Under the pieces are notes generated by a model. That model did no database searches. It saw nothing but the letters and a program-made list of their open reading frames with translations, and had not been told where the DNA came from. The translations under genes and the position numbers were made by a program. Shown here piece after piece: positions 1 through 10,512 of a DNA stretch of 64,000 nt (position 1 is its first letter; each line of letters begins with the position of its first letter). The DNA lies in the NCBI GenBank assembly GCA_964036045.1, contig OZ038378.1, forward strand, positions 7,502,001 to 7,566,000, read 5' to 3'. This DNA is from Eutreptiella sp. 'Long Island Sound 2002'. Taxonomy: Eukaryota > Protista > Euglenida.

Positions 1-56
1 CGGTCACCTGGGGCGAACTACATTCTTCGCATGCAACCATAATGGCATGGGGCCAA

Positions 57-1301
57 CTACAAGAAGTCGCCAAACACACGCTTGTAGATCAAATCAGACT
101 TTGTGTCCGATGCCTTCGGCTTTGCACGCGGATTTGTGTTCCGCGCACAAGCGTTACGGATGTCCTTCACAAGCATCTCTTCCAGTTCTCGAATAAATTG
201 TCTGTCGTTCACCAACCGACCCTCTGCGCCCTTTGGGTACGCCTCGGGCACCTTGAAAAAGTTCCGACAGATGAACACGGATGGACGGGCATCATCACTT
301 GTGGGGGGGTTAGAAGAGGAAGTGGACTGCGGGGTTTGTGGAGGGGCCTTAACATTGCCCTTCACTGACTTCCCATCTTGGGCCACGTCCTCGGGGTTGG
401 AGGCCGGGAAGGCAGGGAAATCTCCCACCTTTGGCTCCGAGGAGGAGGCAGCAATGTTGCCCTGGGGTTCCGAAAGAGGATCCTCTTCATCGAAAAGGAG
501 GGGGGAAGTAGATGGGGGCAGGGACTCAGGGTTGGAGGCTGGAGGAGAAGGAGATTCTCCGGGCTTCCAGCAAGTCAACTCCTTTTCCCACCCATTCTCC
601 GGGATGGTGCCGGGGACTCGGACGGAGCGATCTGCATTGATGATGCGCAGTGCTTCATTGATGAATCCTTTCGGCAAACGTGTAACAACAACATCGTCCA
701 GGCTTCCCCTGTGGTTGGCCACCTCATCACAAAGATGCAGCGATTGATAGCCACATGACCAACCATCCTCTTGAAAACCCAAAGCCCGAGCATGTGCGGC
801 AACACCCTTTGACTGGAGGCGCTTCAACATTGGCCGGACCAAAGAAGTACCACAAAGTGGCTCCCAAATGTGGACTTTGAAGGCCCATACTGGGACTTTG
901 CAGTCGAAGGCACAAAGAAACCAATGGAGCCCTTCGCGAGTGTCACTATTAACAATAAATATGTGGCGCCGCCTCCAAGCCAAACGAACGTTTTTATGGT
1001 TGTTGCCCTTACTGTCTTCGTACTTCCTCATCCTATTCAGGCAGAACGCAATGTATGTCACCGCCAAAGTCCATGCCTGTGGCTCCTGGACCTCATTGTG
1101 GTACAACATGTCGTTCTGCCACGCAACAATGTCCTTGTCGCTTAACCAATCTCCCACAACAAGAGGCTTGGTTTCACCGACGGGCGTCCGGCGGGTCGCC
1201 ATCCGTGCTGGAGCCACAGGGATAGCAGTATCCTCCTCCTCGGAAATGCCGGCCATCAACGGCTTGGCTACGTTAGAGGGAGGAGCAAGGACAGGCACCA
1301 C
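57..1301 (-). CDS. Intronless 414-aa ORF: Ulp1/SENP-like (CE-clan) cysteine protease plus C-terminal HeH/Rho-N-like motif; probably mobile-element encoded; lies in a CTF18 intron
   Basis: His-Glu-Gln-Cys motifs in Ulp1 order: GLHWF, IWEPL, FQEDGWSCGY. Pro/Ser-rich linker, then ELEEMLVKDIRNAC...TKSDLIYK. A decayed homologue lies at 40538-41581. Confidence 0.75.
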   Translation of the reverse strand: MVPVLAPPSNVAKPLMAGISEEEDTAIPVAPARMATRRTPVGETKPLVVGDWLSDKDIVAWQNDMLYHNEVQEPQAWTLAVTYIAFCLNRMRKYEDSKGNNHKNVRLAWRRRHIFIVNSDTREGLHWFLCAFDCKVPVWAFKVHIWEPLCGTSLVRPMLKRLQSKGVAAHARALGFQEDGWSCGYQSLHLCDEVANHRGSLDDVVVTRLPKGFINEALRIINADRSVRVPGTIPENGWEKELTCWKPGESPSPPASNPESLPPSTSPLLFDEEDPLSEPQGNIAASSSEPKVGDFPAFPASNPEDVAQDGKSVKGNVKAPPQTPQSTSSSNPPTSDDARPSVFICRNFFKVPEAYPKGAEGRLVNDRQFIRELEEMLVKDIRNACARNTNPRAKPKASDTKSDLIYKRVFGDFL

Positions 1302-1358
1302 AGCATCTTGCTCTGGAGTGGCTAATTTGAAAGCTCGCTCACCCTACCAGCTAGTACG

Positions 1359-1877
1359 AATCAGAAGTGGCCCACAAGTGGGCAAAATGGCTACCTCACC
1401 CCTGCCGTATCGGGGATCCCCACCGCTTCAGAGCGGGGGGCAGAATCAGAAGTGGCCCACAAGTGGGCAAAGTGGCTACCTCACCCCTGCCGTATCGGGG
1501 ATCCCCACCGCTTCAGAGCGGGGGGCAGAATCAGAAGTGGCCCACAAGTGGGCAAAATGGCTACCTCACCCCTGCCATATCGGGGATCCCCACCGCTTCA
1601 GAGCGGGGGGCAGAATCAGAAGTGGCCCACAAGTGGGCAAAGTGGCTACCTCACCCCTGCCGTATCGGGGATCCCCACCGCTTCAGAGCGGGGGGCAGAA
1701 TCAGAAGTGGCCCACAAGTGGGCAAAGTGGCTACCTCACCCCTGCCGTATCGGGGATCCCCACCGCTTCAGAGCGGGGGGCAGAATCAGAAGTGGCCCAC
1801 AAGTGGGCAAAATGGCTACCTCACCCCTGCCGTATCGGGGATCCCCAGCGCTTCAGAGCGGGGGGCAAAATCAGAAG
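1359..1877 (+). repeat. 85-bp tandem satellite, 6 near-identical copies
   Basis: Unit AATCAGAAGTGGCCCACAAGTGGGCAAAATGGCTACCTCACCCCTGCCGTATCGGGGATCCCCACCGCTTCAGAGCGGGGGGCAG starts at 1359, 1444, 1529, 1614, 1699 and 1784. Confidence 0.97.
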
Positions 1878-2187
1878 CGTAACTCGATTGTGGAAATGAG
1901 CGTAAGTCGCTTTTTTATTTTTTTTTTTGGCGTAAGTCGCGTAACTTTTTTTTTTTTTGGCGTAAGTCGCGTAAACTTTTTTTTTTTTGGCGTAAGTCGC
2001 TTTTTTATATAAAAAAAAAGCGTAAGTCGCGTAACTTTTTTTTTTTTGGTGTAGGTCGCGTCGCAAAAAAAGCGTAAGTCGCGTATCATACATTTTTCAG
2101 TTTTTTTTCCCCACACGCGACTTACGCCAAAAAAAAAAAAAAAAAAACGCGACTTACGCCAAAAAAAAAAATAAGCGACTTACGCTT
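1875..2187. mobile_element. Foldback/MITE-like array of GCGTAAGTCGC motifs separated by poly-T/poly-A
   Basis: About 7 direct copies followed by 3 inverted copies (GCGACTTACGC). Ends AAGCGTAACTCG ... CGACTTACGCTT are imperfect inverted repeats. Confidence 0.65.
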
Positions 2188-2634
2188 TACACAGTGGGAG
2201 GGGGGGGGGGGTTCAGGCTAGTGGGTGGGGTTTGGCATCTCACATTCCCTCATCAACATCAAGGTCAGGCCATGATTCTTGCAATTGCAGCTGCTCTGTG
2301 GACCACAATCATGCCTTGTTGCCCCCTTGGAGCTACAAAAACAGCGATTCAATATCTCTGTAGGTAAAGGTTGCAACCAAATGTCATTGACCCAAAGTGG
2401 ACTATGACCCACAATGGTTGACAAGCACACACCTAATTTCCTACCCAACACCGCTCTGTGACACCTACAGCAACTGATTTGGCCTTTTCAAAATGTGCCA
2501 CTAGAAAACACAACATTCCGTCAAACATTGTGGCATCTACAGCTGCTAGAAGGGGGCGAGGGTTGTAGTAAAGACATCACCAGCTCAAATCCTGTGGCCG
2601 AAAATCACTGATATCATTGATGAAAGATACAGAC

Positions 2635-2697
2635 CTATGATCAGGCACACAGGTCTTCGTTCACGGTTGCTCTTGCTCGCTATCGTGGTCTGCTGCC
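2635..2697 (-). CDS. CTF18: CTF18 exon 7
   Basis: gctttttgcag acceptor, QQTTIASKSNRERRPVCLII, split just before the Walker B Asp; phase 1 to 1. Confidence 0.8.
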
Positions 2698-5600
2698 CTG
2701 CAAAAAGCAATTGCCAGTACAAAGATGGACAGGAGCCAGAGATGTTTCCACAGTGACAGCTCTGTCTGGTAACACATGCACGTCAAGTGCACTGAATGTT
2801 GCCCATGCGCTTAAAGGGTGCTTCACATGCACGCACTGGCTGCACAGGGTTGCTGTGTGTTGTAGAATGTTGTGGAGGAGTGAACAGTGTTGGTGGTGCA
2901 GTCCTGTTGGGAGCTGGGGTGGTTGGACTTTCGCTTTAGGGGGGGGAGGGAGGGTCACGGGAGTCCCAGAAAACTGGGGGAGGGGGGGGTCTTGGAAAAG
3001 GGCTCCCGTGACAGAGGCCGTTGGCGCCAATGGCTCCAGAAGGAAAAATTTGTCAAAAAAAAAAACCTCTTTAGTGTCTAGGGTGGACCTACCAGGTTTG
3101 GCAAGCAGCAGCAAGCAGCAGCAGAAAAAAGCAGCAGCAAGCAAGCACACATGAAATGGGCAAAAATCAGACCTCCGTCGTGGTGGTTTGGATTCAGCTG
3201 AAATTTTGGGGGATGATACCCATGGGTGTGAGGGACAATCACACAAATTTATAGCAAGAGACTCAACAATGGCGGCCGGGAATGGGATCACAAGTGGCGG
3301 ACTCTGTGTTTAAAAACTGTCAAAAGTAAGCAGAAAATGCCCTTTTTTAGGCAATTTGGGTGTCTAGCTTGTCCTTGAAGGGGTCCATCTGCATTGGAAC
3401 CAACTTAGATGATGAACAAACACCTTTGAGCACTGTCTAGAGGATTTTGCACTTGAACAGTGGGCTCAATGACCTCTTTTTGGGCCCAAAATACCACAAA
3501 ATCAGCCTTGAAAAGCACCCTTTTTGCATACTTTTTCAAGTTCCACCATCAAGTGTTGTGTTTGACTGCCATGGAATGCGTTGGGCACCCTTGTGGTGAT
3601 AAATGGTGATGAAGGGGATCACTTGCAAGCCATTTCCTTGCTGTTGATACCCTTCAATGCCCCATTTTGGCTTTGGTGAGAGTGGTGGAGCCTGCATAGT
3701 GCACGTGCTAGGGTAGGTGTACGGGGGTCACGTGTGGGTCCAAAAGTGGTCGAAAATGATTTTTCCCAAAGTTGTTCCTAGACCACTTGGGGTGCTCAAA
3801 CAAGTGATTTAAGGTTATTTGACCCACATTTGACCCGTATTGGCCCATGCAACTTCCCAAAAACCCTTGAAGTGGGCAATTTAGGAACTCACATAGCAAT
3901 ATAGGGGGCTATTTGTATTGGAACCAACCTAGATGATGAACAAACATGGTTGACCGTTGTCTAGTGTGTTTTGCACCCAAGTAGTGGGCTCAACCGCCTT
4001 TTTTTGCCCAAAATACTGCAAAATCAGCCTTGAAAAACACCCATTTTGCCTACTTCTTCAATTTCCATCTTCCTGTACTGTGTTTGACCACCATGGATTG
4101 TGTTGGGCACCTTTGTGGTGATAAATAATGATGAAGTGCAACATGTTTTCGCGCTGTCATCATCCTACGAGGCCCTATTGGCAGCACAGAGTGGTGGAGC
4201 GCCCAAAGTGCACATGCTAGGGTAGGGCTATAGGGGTCACCTGTGGGTCCAAAAGTGGTCCAAAATCACTTTTTCCAAATTTGTTCCTGCACTACTTGGG
4301 GTGATTCAAGGCTATTTTGACCCACTTTTGACCCACATTGGCGCGCAATTTCCCAAAAAACCTTGAAATGGGCAATTTTGGGACTCGCATTGCAGTACAA
4401 GGGCGCGGTGGGAATGCCAGGCAGGGGGGGGGGGGGGGGCTTTTGGATTGAAAAAGGGACCAAAAAGTGTCAAAAACAGGTTTTCCAAAAATGACCCCAA
4501 ATCATTTGGGATGCTCAAATTGTTGGTGTTTTTCATTTTCAGCTGTTTTCAGCTACCTTTCAGCCATTTTCCCCCTTGTTGGGCCCATTTTGCTAGTGCA
4601 CCTCATGTTCCCTCCCAACCAGCTCAGTTCCAAGATTCAGTTTTGATTAGTGTTAGGGTTTGACCTGAGTGTACTCTCACCATAAGTAATTGCTCCCCTC
4701 CTCTTCCAATTCCCTGCCCCCCCCCCCCCCCCACCACAACCATTCTGCCCCTTACGACCTGCCCCCCCTGCCTCCCCCCTCCCCCCTCCATTGAAACCCG
4801 GGATGTTACTGGGTTGGTTTGGGGGGTCCTGTCACGGGAGCCCTTTTTGGGGGAGGGGGGGGGTCCAGCCAGGGAGCTCCCATGACCCCCCCGCCCCCTA
4901 AAGCGAAAATCTGAACACCCCTGTCTACAGACACTGGTGGCATTGCCAAAAGTGGGAAGGCTAGGGGCGTAACACTTGACGACAATCTGAGAGGCCTCCA
5001 AGACTAGCAGTAATCTCACACTGGGGGGGCAGGAGTTGCACCAGTAGTATGGGGACGAGTCGACCCTCTGTCCTTAGCAAGATCGATGAAGGTTGATGGG
5101 TGTTGGAAGCCTGGTCAGTGAAGGTTTGGGCGCGTTGTGAGGGCACACCAACTCTTATGCCATTGCGGTGTACAATGATGCGGCACAGAATCAGGCACAC
5201 GTCCCCTTGTGCCTCTCTTGCACACTCTTGTGCCTGTCCAAAACATGTACTCTGGTGCCATTCCCACATCCAGAAACGCAGCACAGCGTCACACACACAT
5301 ACCTGTAGCACTCAAAAAATGCTGCTTCAGCTCTTTCTCAGTGCGTTCCATGGATGCGTTGATCTCCATAGCGAAATACCCTGCATGCCTTGCCAAGACA
5401 TGGGCCAATGTGGTCTTTCCCACACCGGGACCCCCGGTCAGCAGCAGTATCTTCTCCCATGGCCGCTTGTCTGGTTTGTGCTCTGCAGTCATCAATAAAT
5501 GCGGACAGGACCCGATGCACACAACCCTGAGATCCCGTTTCAGGGATGTTGTGTTCGTATAGATGCACTTGTGCATTCTCTATTCCAAGTTTGGAATGGT

Positions 5601-8600
5601 TAGACAACCTCAGTTTCAGTGATGGAATCATTGAAAGACCAGTGTCAGAAAATAAACCTCCCCCTCCAATAAAACCACCCTGGGGGCTTTATTGTTCTGG
5701 AATTTCTGGGGTCCACTGGGGGGGGTGGTTTTGACCTGGGGGGGGGGGGGTTGCTACGCTCAGATGGTAAACTTCTATTGCCTTCGGCAGTGCACCTTGA
5801 AGAGAGGGTAACAGTCAGCCAATCAGTCACTTCGTCAGGCAAGCAGTCAGTCAGGCAGTCAGTCGGGCAAGCAGGCAGGAAGGCAGGCAGACAGAAAACA
5901 CAGTTTGGGTTTGACATCCTTGGGGCCTACTTCCGCCGACAAGGCCGCCCAACGGAGCCGGGTGGTCTGCCCACGCAACACACCGCCCCGCCCCACATCG
6001 TACCGCACCTTGCAACACAGCACTCCTCTCATGTGCACATTCTTCTCATATGCTCTTCCCACCCAACTCCAACTCAAACCCAAATGGGAAGGCTATCTTT
6101 CATGGAATGTCACAATGTCGCAAACGCGGAACCAACATCATCGGGGCCTCATGTCGCAGCAGCACGACCCGACAACCACAATTTGACACCGAACTCATGA
6201 TAAAACAGCACAGCAATGGCAAGCAGAGGCTTACCGAAGACACATCCGTCCCATTCCTTCAGCCATCTCAAAACCTGAAGAAGGTGCACGAATTCCAGCA
6301 CACGAACAGCACAGGATGCAACGATGGTTCTCCACACGTACACCGTGTCTCCGCCAATGTCAGTGTGCACCCACCCTGCCCGCACAATCGTCAGCATGCC
6401 GCCCCCTCAGGGCGAACTTTGGCATGCAGCCCTCTTGTAGCACCCCTCGAGCATATCAAGAAACACATTTCAAAAGGCCATCCACATGCAATATCACAGG
6501 CCCGTAGTCTCCTATGCCTCCTGCGCATTTTTCTCTCGTACACGCAGGCGATCGGTCGAACATTGGCCAAATGAGCACGCATCTCCATTTGCTGAATGAC
6601 CGGGCCCAAAGTACGAGGCCTGGGGCTGCATTGGGGCGCGACTAATCAGACACATGAACCCCCTTCGCAAGTAATTTCCTCCAGGATGCGGCCATTTACA
6701 GTAGTGCTGCCATTTCTGTTGTTTCTGAGGAAAATCTGAAATTCAGATGCGTCAATGACCAACTTCGCACCAGCGCAACTTGATGAATTTGAAGCCAGGC
6801 GACAGCAGCACGCGGAAGAGAGTGCGCGGGCATCCCAAATGCAACCTGAAGCAGAGCCGCTGTCATTTATGCGCCTATTGCCGTAGGGTACCAGCCAACC
6901 GTCCGCATCAATCGCCTTGCTGTTCACAGGACGTCTTGATGAGACTGATTACCAACTGCTTGGGGGTCCTGACAATGGACAGTCGCTGGCAATGCGCATA
7001 AGGCTGACACTGCTGCATGTGGGCTCACTCCCGCAGCAATTGACAACATTCAGTGAGACTCATGGATCCAAATCATGGCCAACAGCACCGGGCACACGAG
7101 CGAGGGATCACATCACATCACACCTCCAAATTGACCTCGTTGTCACTCAACAATTCATGGAAGGCTCTGGGCTCATATTTGTTTACCCACAGCATGCTGT
7201 CTGCAGGCTCCGTTTTGGCAGAAACTCTTGCAGGGGCTGGTGACCTGTCTGGGCCTGGAACACAACATGTGAATTCATCACAATAGCCCAGGAGCGCACC
7301 CAGCAACCAGCAACAATGAGTCGGGGCAGGACATGGAAAAGCGGTGGGAGAAAATTGCTGCCCAGGCGAGACTGAGGACTGTATTAGCGCAGAAAATTGG
7401 AAGTGAAAGACAAGCCACTGGACAACGGAGCTATTTCACAAAGTGTGAAAACTTCTCCAACTAGTTGGTACAGATTGGTGCAGTAGGCAGTGATGGGCTG
7501 GTTTGAAAAAAGCTTTGCATGGCCTTGATTCTTGGCTGGGATGTTACCACCACCCACTCGTGCACGTTTTGTCATACCTTTGCTGCGGCTGTCATGATGA
7601 GGGACAATTGCAACACAGCTCCCCTGCCCTCCATGAAAGACCGACAGGCGGTGTGTGCAGCATGATGCCATGCATCCCCACTCTGAGAGGATTGAGAGCG
7701 GCAGAGGAAAGTGAAGCCGTGTGAATGGGTGCACATGGTCGTGGAGGGTTGTTCAGACTCAATGGGGTTGTAAAGGGTTGTCATGCTTGTGGCCGTGCAG
7801 CGGGGAGATCCGCCGGGACAGTTCTGGACAATGCAGCCCTCCGCAACACACAACTGCCGGAACCCTCGACAACCCACCAACACCACTCCTCTACAAACAC
7901 CAAAATCAGTCAAGACAGGTAAGCACCACGTGCAGCAACCACAACATGTACACAAGTGTTCAGATTCCATGCACACCTCTAGCTTCCTTTGGAGCTGTTT
8001 CGAGCCTTTTCCTTTGCAAAGCCTCAGAAATGGCACGCAACTCGGAAATAGGGGTCTTCAAAAGGTGGCGTCCCTTTTGAAGACAGGGATGGTTGGGTTC
8101 TTCCCATTCATCATCCTCTGGTTCATTCAGCGTCACATAAACCTGATGTTGGTAGAGGAGATGCGCAACTGCAAAATGAAGGCCATGCCCGCGGGGCCAT
8201 GAATTCAAGCGCGGTCCACATGGGGCGCATCCATTGATTGGGAGGTCATGACTGTAAAGCTTCGATCCCACAGCATGACCCCAGGGGCCCTCCTACGATG
8301 CAACGCTAGAAACACAATGATCGGCATAATAAAGGGGGATGTATGGATGGATTCGGATATTCTGGTTCCTGGCCCCTTTACTGCAACCTTTGGTGTCGTG
8401 TGCACAAAACCCATGACAAGCCCGATGGTGTGTGTCCACTCGCTCATCGCACTGCCTAAAAATCTGGGGGGGGGGGGGTATGTGGCTCTGGGCCCACAGG
8501 CACATGTGCAGGAACCCACGGAGTAGCGGTCAAGAATGCTTGATGACATGTCTGTTAGCCGCTCAAGTGGGGAAGGGGGCAGCAGCAGAGCCGCTTGTCG

Positions 8601-10512
8601 GTGAGTCCTGCGCCAGTGTCCTGCGCCGTAATCCCTGTCTGACCGTCGTGTTCCCTGACTTTGGCTGTGCTTGCGCAAAGTGTGTGGGGGGCGGGGGGGG
8701 AGGCACGGGGATTGGATGTTAGCATGTGCCTTCGTTGCCGAGTTTGTCGACGCCCAGGTTGTTAAGACACTTGGCTTCCTGGGGGTAGTGGGTTCGAGTC
8801 CCACCGCGAGGGCCGTTTTGCGCCTTCGTGCTGTGGCTGAGCAGACTCAAATAGGCCGTTGCCCACTATGTTGGCATGTGCCTTCGTTGCCGAGTTTGTC
8901 GACGCCCAGGTTGTTAAGACACTTGGCTTCCTGGGGGTGGAGTAGAATGGGTCACTCTTCAGGCCCCAGTTGCAGGGAGGCTTTCATCGATCCACCTCCC
9001 CTTTCCCCTGCATTCCTTCACCCCTCCCCACCACCGGCAGCTCTCCTCAACAGCAGCAGCGCGGAGATGGCGTTGGTAAATGGGAAGACGTCACGAGCCT
9101 AGACCACTTCCCTTGGGGCTGAGCTCAGTCTGGGCACCTGAACACTTGACCACAAAATTGGGGTCAAAAAAACAGAGGCGAGACGGGGTCGCTGCGCGTT
9201 TACACAAGGCCATGTCACCGCAGGGGGGGGGGGGGGGACGCACTGCACGGGAACTTACCGTAGCCTGATCGCACTTGCAGACATACGTAGCCGTGGTCCC
9301 CGGAGACGGGAATGAAGTCCCCTTTTGGAATCACTCGACTCACGCCCGGGCGCTCTGGTGCAGTGTCCGAACGGGAACTGGAATCCACCGCCATTGTATC
9401 ATGTGCCTCAAGAACGCCGTCCATGTGCGCGCCGGTCTCCACCTTCTGCCGTTTGGCAGGGGGTGTCTGCAAAGGTCATTGAGCAGCACCCAAACCCCTG
9501 CCCATGGAGGTACGCAGGCGCACTGACGGCGACCGAACTGACTCAAGACCAAAGGAGGGGTGCGGATGGTGAGATGGCCCCTCTCCATAAGATTGACCAC
9601 CCTTACACCCGTACACCAGGGGCTGTGTTGTGGCTGACTGAGCGGTGGGTGTCGGGGGGTGGCCGAGTGGCCAGACTGCCGTGTTTCACGCGTGAGTGCA
9701 GGGATGCAAACCCACCTTCCCCCTCTGCGTGACGGAAAGCTAGCTAGACCCTGGGAAAACGGCGGAAATCAGGCAAGAAAGATGGCGCTGTTGTTCAAAC
9801 CGACCAGCCCACAGACAGACGAACAGACAGGCAGACGGACAGACAGATAGATAGACCAGGACTCCCTGTGTTGCATAGGGCTGTACCGGAACGAAGCCGG
9901 GAGTGCCAGGCAACCGTGCATCCCACCTGAAGGCACCATGGGCCTCGATAGTGCCTTCAGGCTGGAGCCCCATACGCACCAAAAAAAGGCTTAATGGACA
10001 AGACATCCCAAACCAACACAGGGAGTGGTCCCTCGCCAATCCTGGCTGAGGTCCGTGTGCGTGCAGTTTCCCGCCAATCCTGGCTGGGGCCTGCCGCTTG
10101 GTCTCCCGGGGGTGGTCCCTCGCCAATCCTGGCTGAGGTCTTTGTGGTCGGAGTCCCCGCCATTCCTGGCTGGGGCCTGGCGCTTTCTCTCCCGGGCGTT
10201 CCTTTATCTCAGAGCGGAGGGGGCTGTCCTAAGAGGGCGGCGGGGGGGGATGTCAGGGGGGTGGAATAGGAGTGCGACGCTTACTGAGGAAGAACCAGAA
10301 GAAGCACAACAAAAGCAGAACAGAGTCATGTCATGATTGCTGCTTGGGAGCACGTGCATGCATGCACCGCATACCTCAAATGCCAGCTTCTTCACGGCGT
10401 ATGGAGATGGCTCCGGCCTGGATCTCTCTTGCTCCAGCTCCATTTCGAGGACGGCTTGCATGTCGGCCTCAAAGGGATCACCGTATTCTTCATAATACAT
10501 CTCCTCGTCCAT
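2635..10512 (-). CDS. CTF18: Chromosome transmission fidelity protein 18 (RFC-like clamp-loader AAA+ ATPase), 5' part; 3' exons lie left of the window
   Basis: Frame-consistent GT-AG exons 10375-10512, 9287-9466, 7977-8142, 7124-7254, 6235-6274, 5303-5482, 2635-2697. Family motifs: acidic N-terminus MDEEMYYEEY, LWVNKYEPRAFHELLSD, VLRWLKEWD, Walker A GGPGVGKTTLAHVLARHAGY, EINAS, RPVCLII(D) leading into Walker B. Confidence 0.93.
3060..3350 (+). repeat. Dispersed repeat; second copy on the opposite strand at ~36600-36900
   Basis: Shared CTCTTTAGTGTCTAGGGTGGACCT, GCAAGCAGCA run and ATGGGTGTGAGGGACAA match the reverse complement of 36600-36900. Confidence 0.8.
3385..4395 (+). repeat. Diverged ~520-bp tandem duplication inside the inverted-arm element
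   Basis: TTGGAACCAAC-TAGATGATGAACAAAC at ~3395 and ~3918; GTGGGTCCAAAAGTGGTC at ~3734 and ~4243. Confidence 0.8.
5303..5482 (-). CDS. CTF18: CTF18 exon 6 (Walker A)
   Basis: RPWEKILLLTGGPGVGKTTLAHVLARHAGYFAMEINAS. Confidence 0.93.
6235..6274 (-). CDS. CTF18: CTF18 exon 5 (40 nt)
   Basis: VLRWLKEWDGCVF, donor GTAAGC. Confidence 0.88.
7124..7254 (-). CDS. CTF18: CTF18 exon 4
   Basis: LWVNKYEPRAFHELLSD motif, phase 1 to 0. Confidence 0.9.
7977..8142 (-). CDS. CTF18: CTF18 exon 3
   Basis: VYVTLNEPEDD...HLLKTPISELRAISEALQRKRLE, phase 0 to 1. Confidence 0.8.
8728..8814 (+). tRNA. tRNA-like sequence (type II, most like tRNA-Leu UAA); probable pseudogene or SINE head, antisense in CTF18 intron 2
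   Basis: Acceptor stem GCCTTCG/CGAGGGC, A-box-like TTGCCGAGTTTGTC, loop GTTAAGA, long variable region, perfect T-arm GTGGG-TTCGAGT-CCCAC. A 3'-truncated second copy lies at 8880-8938. Confidence 0.55.
9287..9466 (-). CDS. CTF18: CTF18 exon 2
   Basis: tttgcag acceptor, TPPAKRQK...PKGDFIPVSGDHGY, donor GTATGT, phase 0. Confidence 0.75.
10024..10200 (+). repeat. Four CGCCA(A/T)TCCTGGCTG units forming two ~87-bp dimers
   Basis: GTGGTCCCTCGCCAATCCTGGCTGAGGTC occurs twice, alternating with CCCGCCA(A/T)TCCTGGCTGGGGCCTG. Confidence 0.8.
10375..10512 (-). CDS. CTF18: CTF18 exon 1
   Basis: MDEEMYYEEYGDPFEADMQAVLEMELE...KLAFE, donor GTATGC. Confidence 0.8.

Larger units (their letters stand above)
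2925..4912. mobile_element. ~2-kb non-autonomous element with ~90-bp inverted arms, in CTF18 intron 6
   Basis: 2925-3014 (TTTCGCTTTAGG...AAAAGGGCTCCCGTGACAG) is an imperfect reverse complement of 4829-4912. No coding capacity inside. Confidence 0.55.

Noticed and set aside
1359-1877. CRISPR-like appearance of the repeat arrays (also 39340-40330)
   Set aside because: Units are contiguous near-identical or gradually diverged satellite copies without unique spacers; no cas genes; eukaryotic context.
868-2012. Long ORFs reading through the 85-bp satellite
   Set aside because: Translation of a tandem repeat cycling through three frames.
8520-8638. Possible extra CTF18 exon (DRDYGAGHW...)
   Set aside because: Fits only with an alternative donor at 9258; direct joining of 9287 to 8142 gives a better family-like GYVYVTL and needs no extra exon.
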